Shown here piece by piece: positions 34,956 through 41,142 of a stretch of DNA of 41,142 nt (positions within the stretch are counted from its first letter, which is position 1; every line of letters begins with the position of its first letter). Below the pieces are notes generated by a model. The model ran no database searches. It was not told the origin of the DNA and saw only the letters and a program-made list of their open reading frames with translations. The translations under genes and the position numbers were made by a program. Source of the stretch: a virus (lineage: Duplodnaviria > Caudoviricetes); the IMG/VR virus record IMGVR_UViG_3300036793_000090, positions 1-41,142 of that record; one strand, given 5' to 3'.

Positions 34956-35040
34956 CCGAAGATAGAGTACTCGAAACTCAGGGCGTTACCACCCCCATCT
35001 CGCTAGCAACGAGCGGCCGGCCCTGCCGACTTTACCTCCG
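34956..35040 (-). tRNA. tRNA-Ser(GCU), 8/4 fold
   Basis: Loop UU-GCU-AG; long variable arm; 8-bp acceptor, 4-bp T stem. Confidence 0.75.
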
Positions 35041-35079
35041 ATGATGCCCCTACTTATATAGCTCCGAGGCGCGAGCTTG

Positions 35080-35162
35080 TACGCGAGACGGGACTCGAAC
35101 CCGTACGCCCTTCCGGGCACTGACTCCTCAAGCCAGCACGTCTTCCATTTCATCACTCGCGC
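35080..35162 (-). tRNA. tRNA-Leu(GAG)
   Basis: Loop UU-GAG-GA; long variable arm. Confidence 0.9.
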
Positions 35163-35216
35163 ATAAGCCTCAGGGTTTTTAATCCCACCTTCCATACCAG
35201 GTACCTGAGCGGGTAG

Positions 35217-35287
35217 TGCGGTAACCGGGGCTCGAACCCGGACCCCGAACTTGGCAAGCTCGGATGATTCCCTTTCACCATTACCAC
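35217..35287 (-). tRNA. tRNA-Gly(GCC)
   Basis: Loop UU-GCC-AA. Confidence 0.9.
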
Positions 35288-35333
35288 AAGACTCCCAGAA
35301 GGTTATTTCCGGACCTGTAAGCTGGGAGCAAAG

Positions 35334-35407
35334 AGCCTACTGTGAGATTCGAACTCACGACCTGTGCCTTACCATGGCACCGCTCTAACCACTGGAGCTA
35401 AATAGGC
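35334..35407 (-). tRNA. tRNA-Thr(GGU)
   Basis: Loop AU-GGU-AA. Confidence 0.9.
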
Positions 35408-35408
35408 G

Positions 35409-35484
35409 TGGAGCCAATCATCGGACTTGAACCGATAACCTTCGCTTTACAAGAGCGCCGCTCTGCCGTTGGAGCTAGATTGGC
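35409..35484 (-). tRNA. tRNA-Thr(UGU)
   Basis: Loop CU-UGU-AA; encoded CCA. Confidence 0.9.
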
Positions 35485-35548
35485 ATGTTGAAGTGTTAAT
35501 TAACCGAGATGCTTCACCCTCGGGCGATACGCTGTTACGCGCTCTACG

Positions 35549-35623
35549 TACCCCATGCGGGATTCGAACCCGCAGCATCAGGATTTCTGAGACCCTGTGG
35601 TCTGCCAGTTGCCATAACGGGGC
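35549..35623 (-). tRNA. tRNA-Leu(CAG), short variable region
   Basis: Loop CU-CAG-AA; 6-bp anticodon stem; no long variable arm. Confidence 0.75.
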
Positions 35624-35624
35624 G

Positions 35625-35697
35625 TGCGCCAGAAGTGTTCCAGCCTGGAGGGATTCGAACCCCCACTTCTGACTTAGAGGGTTTGCAACCCCTCTCG
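35625..35697 (-). ncRNA. Rearranged tRNA-like RNA with a canonical T arm
   Basis: Hairpin AGAGGG/CCCUCU, then 10-bp stem GUCAGAAGUG/CACUUCUGGC enclosing a UUCGAAU T arm. Confidence 0.5.
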
Positions 35698-35770
35698 CTA
35701 CCCACCCTGGATTCGAACCAGGAATCGCCTGCATCAGACGCAGGAGCCTTGCCTGTTTGGCCAGTGGGCA
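35698..35770 (-). tRNA. tRNA-Gln(CUG)
   Basis: Loop GU-CUG-AU; U1-A72, G73. Confidence 0.85.
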
Positions 35771-35771
35771 T

Positions 35772-35848
35772 TGGTACTCAGGGCGGGATTTGAACCCGCA
35801 GCATCAGGAGTTTTGAATCCCCGTGGTCTGCCAGTTGCCTACCCGAGC
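35772..35848 (-). tRNA. tRNA-Leu(CAA), short variable region
   Basis: Loop UU-CAA-AA; D and T regions nearly identical to Leu(CAG); encoded CCA. Confidence 0.75.
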
Positions 35849-35849
35849 G

Positions 35850-35921
35850 TACCCCCACAGGGAATTGAACCCCGCTCCTCTGATTAAGAGTCAGATGCAT
35901 CTGCCGCAATGCTTTGGAGGC
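35850..35921 (-). tRNA. tRNA-Lys(CUU)
   Basis: Loop CU-CUU-AA. Confidence 0.9.
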
Positions 35922-35994
35922 ATGACCCGCGTATTTTATTTTATATACCGCCCGCAATTGGGTCAGCGGTAGGTCCCTGTGCACCGGAACCAAG

Positions 35995-36068
35995 AGCCAG
36001 CCATCGGAGTCGAACCGATAACCTGCCGATTACGAAACGGCTGCTCTAGCCATTGGAGCTAGGCTGGC
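35995..36068 (-). tRNA. tRNA-Thr(CGU)
   Basis: Loop UU-CGU-AA. Confidence 0.9.
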
Positions 36069-36145
36069 ATATGGAGAGCTTTGACCCTCACCCGCACGGT
36101 CTATCGCGAATGCCGTGTAATGGGTACTCTCCGTGAAAGGGTCCG

Positions 36146-36217
36146 TGAGGTAGGTGGGAGTCGAACCCACAGTGCCACATTGGAAGTGTGGGAGTTTAGC
36201 CGTTAACTGACTACCCC
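36146..36217 (-). tRNA. tRNA-Gly(UCC)
   Basis: Loop CU-UCC-AA. Confidence 0.85.
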
Positions 36218-36218
36218 G

Positions 36219-36290
36219 TGGTACCCGCTGGTAACGATCCAGCCTCTCAGGCTTTTCAGGCAAGCGCTAATCCATCTTAGCTAGAGCACC
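36219..36290 (-). tRNA. tRNA-Phe(GAA)
   Basis: Loop CU-GAA-AA; atypical T loop AUCGUUA; mismatched anticodon stem. Confidence 0.75.
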
Positions 36291-36329
36291 ATGTTCCCCC
36301 GTTTTTAACGTCCTGGTCAGGCGGACTCG

Positions 36330-36402
36330 TCGGGAACCCCGGAGTCGAACCGGGTTTCTCTTGCATCCCGAGCAAGCAGATTAACCGTCTTCCTCGCTCC
36401 CG
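36330..36402 (-). tRNA. tRNA-Pro(GGG)
   Basis: Loop UC-GGG-AU; C1-G72, A73. Confidence 0.85.
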
Positions 36403-36488
36403 ATGTCCGGTTTTCGCCGGGGGTGATCAGCCCCTAGCCTGGAGGCACCGTATCCAGTTTCGGCAGGTGATTCCGGAGGTCTCCTGCC

Positions 36489-36583
36489 TGGGTGCTCGTC
36501 GGCTCGCCGCTCTCCCCATTGAGCTACGCACCCGGTTAAGGGTGCGGCAGGACTCGAACCCGCATCTGCTTACCTGTGAGCAC
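36489..36583 (-). ncRNA. Y RNA (YrlA)-like permuted tRNA mimic
   Basis: Order T arm, loop-closed acceptor stem, D arm, all inside terminal stem GUGCUC/GAGCAC; no anticodon loop. Confidence 0.75.
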
Positions 36584-36586
36584 TTG

Positions 36587-36658
36587 TCGGGTACCTGGGA
36601 GTCGAACCCAGTGTCTCTTCGATCCGAACGAAGCAGATTTCCGTCTTCCTCGCACCCG
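36587..36658 (-). tRNA. tRNA-Pro(CGG)
   Basis: Loop UU-CGG-AU; C1-G72, A73. Confidence 0.85.
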
Positions 36659-36843
36659 TCGGCGGTCTAACATCAAGTTCAGGTATTCTCAGGGGACTAA
36701 TCCTGAGAAAACGCTCGGCTGGCCCTCGATCGCGGGCAATCAACGTGTTGGCACCCTGCATGACGGCGGGAGAAAGACCGCAGAAACCTTATTCCCGCTT
36801 TATCCGCTACCCTCAGCCAGTCACGGCCTACTCTCGCAGAATG

Positions 36844-36915
36844 TGGAGATGATGGGATTCGAACCCACATGTGACTGCTTGCAAAACAGTTGCTTCCCTG
36901 TCAGGCCACATCCCC
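36844..36915 (-). tRNA. tRNA-Ala(UGC)
   Basis: Loop UU-UGC-AA; G3.U70. Confidence 0.9.
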
Positions 36916-37071
36916 ATGTGGGAGCCGGATGGAAGCCGACTCCCGTATTCGTAGTCATTGGCTGGAGGACCGTCTGACTACGAAGCTTTTTCTATGCTCA
37001 CCACTGTGGAGTTGTCTAGTATCAAGTCCGTTCACATCTCTGCCCGCGAAGGTTTCGGTAGTGGGACTAAG

Positions 37072-37143
37072 CACGCCGCCGAGGAGTCGAACCCCGACCA
37101 AGAGGTTTGGAAGCTCTTGTGCTAGCCGTTACACCAGCGGCAT
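37072..37143 (-). tRNA. tRNA-Trp(CCA)
   Basis: Loop UU-CCA-AA; G73. Confidence 0.85.
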
Positions 37144-37177
37144 ATGTAGTTGTTGTCCTGCGGTTGTGCCCTCTTAC

Positions 37178-37203
37178 AACGAAGGCCCCGTCCCGGTTAT
37201 TCC
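37178..37203 (-). promoter_or_regulatory. ECF sigma (SigR/SigH-like) promoter driving the tRNA array
   Basis: GGAAT-N18-GTT ending 35 nt before the first tRNA. Confidence 0.7.
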
Positions 37204-37341
37204 GGAGCGAGGCCCTAGTTTCGAGAAATTTTCTCGTCTAGGTCCGCTCCCTAAGAGGCTGGTTCCAGGCATCGCAGCCGGCCGGTCGGGGCATGTGCCC
37301 GAACAGCTTGGCGGTGGCGATCTCTGAACTCATGACCCCAT

Positions 37342-37542
37342 CTAAGCACGGTCACCGGAGGATGTCAAACCGGATTTCCGGGCCGCCTGGCGGTACCTCT
37401 CGACCGTACGCACAGTCACGCCCAGGCGCTTGGCGATCTGCGAGGCCGACAGTCCCTGGTCAGTGAGGAACTGCGTGTCCTCGATCCCGCCTAGCCTCTG
37501 CTCGGTGCGGGCGGCGTTCATCGCCTCGATGGTGCTTCTCAT
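37342..37542 (-). CDS. Small HTH DNA-binding protein
   Basis: 'QGLSASQIAKRLGVTVRTVERYR'. Confidence 0.8.
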   Translation of the reverse strand: MRSTIEAMNAARTEQRLGGIEDTQFLTDQGLSASQIAKRLGVTVRTVERYRQAARKSGLTSSGDRA

Positions 37543-37817
37543 GGCTTGGCCGCCGCATCACGCAGGCGCTGAAGGTACCGCTGCTGGTTCGCGGCGGCTT
37601 CCGCGTTGACCTTCCAGTGCTTTTTCTTCATCGGTCGCCACTTGTCGCCCATGCATACCATGCCGACCTTGCAGCCGGGGCAGACAGGGGTACCTTCCCA
37701 TGGTGCCTTGCAGACGTGCCCGCAGGTCGCGCAGCACCACTTCGCCTTGGGGCCTGACTTGCAGTCCCGGCACGGACGCGTCCACGACCAGCTACGGTCC
37801 CAGTATCCCTTAGCCAT
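37539..37817 (-). CDS. Cys-rich (zinc-finger-like) hypothetical protein
   Basis: Three CxxC pairs; coupled to both neighbours. Confidence 0.6.
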   Translation of the reverse strand: MAKGYWDRSWSWTRPCRDCKSGPKAKWCCATCGHVCKAPWEGTPVCPGCKVGMVCMGDKWRPMKKKHWKVNAEAAANQQRYLQRLRDAAAKP

Positions 37818-38431
37818 TACTTCAGCCCGCTTCCTACCTCGATGTCCCTGGTCCCGGCCGTTACCCAGTCGCGGGCAATGTCGTGCTGCGCCGTAGCCAG
37901 TTTCACCCGGCCCGAGCACACGGCGTCGTGGAGCGCGTTCTCAATCGCGTCCTTAGGGTTCGGGATCTTGCCCTGCTCGGGCCAGAGGTTACTCGCCTTG
38001 TTCGAGCCGCCCAGCTCCAGCGGTATCAGGTGGTCGTACTCGCCGTAGCCGGCCGGGTTCGTAGTCACGATGCCGTACCGGGCGAAAGCGACCTCGCGCT
38101 CCTTCTTGGTGAAGTACTCGCGGTGCGCCGTGGCCCAGCCTGGAGTGCAAATGGCCGTCACCGACGTTGACTGGACCGAGCCCGGCGTGCAGTTCGGATC
38201 GGGAAGCTCCTCGCCCTGCTCGAACCGGAGACGGCACGGCGAACTGGGAGGAGGGTTCGTAGTCGATGGCAACGGCGCGAAGGTCGGCGGCTTGGGCTTG
38301 GCCGTGAACGGCGTGGTGCTCGTGACCGTGGCCTGGCCCGGGGCCGGCGAACTGGCTGACGACTGCACTGGCCCGCAGGCCACGACCACCGCCAGCGGGG
38401 CAAGGAAAAGGCCCGCGTGCTTCAGCTTCAT
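37817..38431 (-). CDS. Lipoprotein/secreted HNH-like nuclease
   Basis: Signal peptide with 'VVVAC' lipobox, Pro/Thr linker, 'EYDHLIPLELGGSN...NLWPE...KD..EN'. Confidence 0.7.
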   Translation of the reverse strand: MKLKHAGLFLAPLAVVVACGPVQSSASSPAPGQATVTSTTPFTAKPKPPTFAPLPSTTNPPPSSPCRLRFEQGEELPDPNCTPGSVQSTSVTAICTPGWATAHREYFTKKEREVAFARYGIVTTNPAGYGEYDHLIPLELGGSNKASNLWPEQGKIPNPKDAIENALHDAVCSGRVKLATAQHDIARDWVTAGTRDIEVGSGLK

Positions 38432-38441
38432 GATGAATGCC

Positions 38442-38467
38442 AACAGCACGCGGGCCTTTGTTGTTCC
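38442..38467 (-). promoter_or_regulatory. ECF sigma (SigR/SigH-like) promoter
   Basis: GGAAC-N18-GTT, ATG 10 nt downstream. Confidence 0.6.
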
Positions 38468-38468
38468 C

Positions 38469-39014
38469 TTACTGAGGTACTGAGAACACAGGCCATTCCT
38501 GGCTCATCCACCGCGCTCGGGGTTCTCCGCGCCCTACCCAGGCTTCCGCTTCGTAGCGCGCGTCTTCCGTCAGCCGGGGAAGTTCAGGAAGGGTAGCCAA
38601 GTACGACGCCCTGGCCCACCAGAAGTTACCTGCGTAGTACGGGCTGACCACATGCTCTGGCATCGTCTCAGGTGTGAACCACCAGACGCCTGACGTATCG
38701 TAGTTAACTAGGTCTGCTACCCGCGCAGGCCATGCCCTCAGCAACCGGTCCAGCATTACGCTACGCCAGTAGAACTGCGACTCCCACTGATTGGAAGCGC
38801 CTTTAGTGTGGGTGTATAGCACGTGCCCGCCTGGATTTTCCTGGCTCCATACCCTCACCTGGTTAAGAGTAACGTCCTCGAACGTCCCCGGTGAAGCCCA
38901 GGTGACCCGTATGGTTGCCGGAAACTGCACTTCGGCTGCCGCGCTCTGGAACTCCCGCACGATATCGTGACCGGCAGGAGTGTCCAGAGCGTGACAGAAC
39001 CAAGCAATGCTCAC
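38469..39014 (-). CDS. Putative glycosyltransferase-like protein
   Basis: 'VLYTHTKG', 'YAGNFWWARASYL', 'RY.AE.W' motif set. Confidence 0.5.
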   Translation of the reverse strand: MSIAWFCHALDTPAGHDIVREFQSAAAEVQFPATIRVTWASPGTFEDVTLNQVRVWSQENPGGHVLYTHTKGASNQWESQFYWRSVMLDRLLRAWPARVADLVNYDTSGVWWFTPETMPEHVVSPYYAGNFWWARASYLATLPELPRLTEDARYEAEAWVGRGEPRARWMSQEWPVFSVPQ

Positions 39015-39409
39015 GAGTGAACGTTGATGTACCCGAGAAGGTCGAACAGGCCGACCTTGAAATCCGCGTAACTACTGTAAGGCGCATAACCGAGAGTAGT
39101 CGGTGCCCCATTCAGGACGACACCTGTAGTACCGTCCGAAACGGAAGTTACCTTGGTGAGGTCAATAACTACCATCGCAGAGCCGGATGTAAACGACGTA
39201 ACATCCCCTACGGTGACGAGGGGGTAGCCTACCGTCTGGACAATACCTGTAAGAGCGGTTTTCAGGTCGCTCAGCGAAGTGTACCGACCGAGTGTCAACG
39301 ACTGGGCGTTGAGGTAGAAGTAGCTACTGTCTGCGCTTATCCAGAAGTACGGAATGTCGCTGACACGCGTGAGAGGTAGGTTGCCTGCACCGCTACTTTC
39401 GATAAACAT
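39011..39409 (-). CDS. Hypothetical protein with internal duplication
   Basis: 'LN....TLG..YTSLSDLK' and 'LN...TTLG..PYSSYADFK'. Confidence 0.6.
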   Translation of the reverse strand: MFIESSGAGNLPLTRVSDIPYFWISADSSYFYLNAQSLTLGRYTSLSDLKTALTGIVQTVGYPLVTVGDVTSFTSGSAMVVIDLTKVTSVSDGTTGVVLNGAPTTLGYAPYSSYADFKVGLFDLLGYINVHS

Positions 39410-39420
39410 ATCGTTTCTCC

Positions 39421-40401
39421 TTACTGGCCCTTGTCCGAGAGCCAGTTACGCAGTGCCTTGGTGAGGTAGCGGTCCTTGAACCAGCTCCGCAGGTAACGAT
39501 TGGCTGCTACGACGAGCGCCTGTTCCGCCGGGTCAAGCGGCGAAGGAACGGGCACAGGAACCGGAACAGGAGTCGGAGTGGGCGTCGGAGTCGGCGTCGG
39601 AGTAGGCGCAGGAGCAGGGAAAGGATTAGCCTGGCCGGTGAGCGCCGCAAACTGCGCCCCGAACGCCTGGAGGTCAACGCCCTCAACGTCCTTTCCGGTT
39701 GCCTTGTTTACCCAGTCCTGACTGATGACGGCCCATGCCTCGCCGCCGTTGCCCGCGACGTACTCGTTCCAGAACGTGTAGGTCATCTTCTGGACCGCGC
39801 CCCACGTGTACACGTAGAGGTAATCGGCATCGTAACCGGCTACCAGCACGCAGTGGCCGCCCTCGATCGGGCTGCCCGGCACTACGTCCCACGGCTGGCC
39901 GGCATTGAACTGGTCCATGGCGCTGCTCGGGAACGCGAGGCCGATGTCCACCGCGCCGAACTCGGAGACCGCCTGCTTTACCTCGGTGATGTTGGTCGGG
40001 TTGACCTGGGCGAACGCCGCTATGACATGATTGGCGAAGCCGGTCTTCCGCAGCCAGTTCAGGCCGTCCTGGATCATCGTGCCCTGGTCGGTGGGGTTCG
40101 CGCCGGGGGGTCCTGCGTTCGGGTCGAAGCCGGTGATCGTGCTGTACGCTGCCAGGGCTTCTGCCTCGGTGACTACGACCTCGGTTCCCTGGCCGACCTG
40201 GGTCTGCTGCTCGGTAATGTGACCGTCGCACGCTTCTACGCAGTCACCCCAGTTGTCGTTGCCGAGCATGCCGATGTTCTGGAGCTGGGAGTAGTAGTCC
40301 ACGGAAGCGGGCGGGGTGACGCCGGCCTTCCGGATCGTGGAATAGTAAAGCCTAGCCTTGTTGGGGTCATTCGGCTTAACGCCGGAACGAAAGGTAACCA
40401 T
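39421..40401 (-). CDS. Papain-like (C1-type) cysteine peptidase with Pro-Thr linker; possible lysis protein
   Basis: 'GNDNWGDCV', 'GGHCVLVAGYD', 'TWG'; (PT)n linker. Confidence 0.7.
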   Translation of the reverse strand: MVTFRSGVKPNDPNKARLYYSTIRKAGVTPPASVDYYSQLQNIGMLGNDNWGDCVEACDGHITEQQTQVGQGTEVVVTEAEALAAYSTITGFDPNAGPPGANPTDQGTMIQDGLNWLRKTGFANHVIAAFAQVNPTNITEVKQAVSEFGAVDIGLAFPSSAMDQFNAGQPWDVVPGSPIEGGHCVLVAGYDADYLYVYTWGAVQKMTYTFWNEYVAGNGGEAWAVISQDWVNKATGKDVEGVDLQAFGAQFAALTGQANPFPAPAPTPTPTPTPTPTPVPVPVPVPSPLDPAEQALVVAANRYLRSWFKDRYLTKALRNWLSDKGQ

Positions 40402-40410
40402 CTTGCTCCT

Positions 40411-40953
40411 TTACCTGAGCTGTAGATCCCGCATATAGAGGCTAGCGGGAGTCACGTCTCCGGGCCAGCGCTTGTCGGTGAATACATGCGCCCCGAGCCG
40501 GAGACAGAACTCGTCGGCCAACTGCGAACAGATCATGTGGCCCGTGCTGCTGATGTATGTCCGCAGGTAGGGAGCCGGAATGTGCAGGCGGTGAGTAGCC
40601 AGGGCCGCGTAATCCAGGAAGGAGTAAGGAATGTCCCTCATGCTCTCCGCGACGTGGCTGATCTCAGTAGCGTTCGTAGTCGGAGGCAGCAGCTTGAAAA
40701 TGCCCTCGCACCAGTACACGTTCGAATAGTGCAAGGGCACGATCCGGGCACCACCGGGCTCGGCTTCGAGGATCAGGCCCCCGGGTAGTACCACAAACGC
40801 GTGTTCCCAGTCGGAAAATCCCTCGCCGTTGAGGAACTGGCCGACTCGTATTGCCTTGCCGACATCGCCCGAGATCTGAGTGAGCCCGATCGTGCCGGGC
40901 GCAGGAATTACTAGTGGCATGATTCCATGATAGCGTTCGTAGTCAACAGCCAA
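40411..40953 (-). CDS. Permuted papain-like NlpC/P60 (YiiX/YaeF-type) enzyme
   Basis: His before Cys: 'WEHAFV...EA', 'PY', 'ICSQL', 'VTPASL'. Confidence 0.75.
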   Translation of the reverse strand: MAVDYERYHGIMPLVIPAPGTIGLTQISGDVGKAIRVGQFLNGEGFSDWEHAFVVLPGGLILEAEPGGARIVPLHYSNVYWCEGIFKLLPPTTNATEISHVAESMRDIPYSFLDYAALATHRLHIPAPYLRTYISSTGHMICSQLADEFCLRLGAHVFTDKRWPGDVTPASLYMRDLQLR

Positions 40954-41014
40954 GTTACCCGCCGGTAACCGCGAATTGGCTATTAATCCGGCCCCGAGGG
41001 TACCCGCCGGTAAC
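40954..41014. repeat. Twice-repeated quasi-palindromic operator-like site
   Basis: TACCCGCCGGTAAC at 40956-40969 and 41001-41014; first copy is GTTACC-CGCC-GGTAAC. Confidence 0.6.
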
Positions 41015-41142
41015 GTCCCAGGTCAGCATATAGTTCGCCTGTGCAAACTTGTACCTTTCTCGTACTTTACAGTGTACAGGATTTGACTAGTTTGTAAGTT
41101 ACGGTTCCGTAGGTTATTTTCGAACGGTTTCGGGCGAGTTTC

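Noticed and set aside
36406-36488. Hammerhead ribozyme (CUGAUCA...GAAA)
   Set aside because: Core needs CUGANGA and three stems around it; here CUGAUCA is a hairpin loop.
33060-37327. ORFs called across the tRNA array
   Set aside because: They overlap well-formed tRNAs and lack coding bias.
33015-40945. Recurrent TTCGTAGTC motif as a regulatory repeat
   Set aside because: Several copies lie in coding sequence (e.g. Asp-Tyr-Glu codons on the minus strand); only the copies tied to the long inverted repeat were kept.

Overview
A ~41 kb segment of a GC-rich tailed dsDNA phage (siphovirus-like, most likely infecting an actinomycete). The minus strand carries the virion operon: portal, HK97-type prohead protease, major capsid, a sugar-modification cassette, repeat-rich fibre-like proteins, head-tail adaptor, tail tube, tail assembly chaperones and the start of the tape measure. 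The terminase genes sit apart on the plus strand. Bases 33036-37143 hold a minus-strand RNA array of 34 tRNAs covering all 20 amino acids but with no Leu(UAA), plus several non-tRNA structured RNAs. Most notable: (1) an 81-nt tmRNA reduced to its tRNA-like domain, with no tag reading frame; (2) a portal gene split by a 7-nt CAG-TTAA-CAG coding gap that looks like TTA-triggered ribosomal bypassing, with hints that TTA acts as a de facto stop in other genes; (3) a Y RNA (YrlA)-like permuted tRNA mimic; (4) five GGAAY-N18-GTT (SigR/SigH-like) promoters; (5) a long-range helix enclosing most of the tRNA array; (6) a glycosylation cassette containing a UDP-arabinopyranose mutase-like gene. All calls were made by eye from motifs, synteny and manual folding; no database searches were run.
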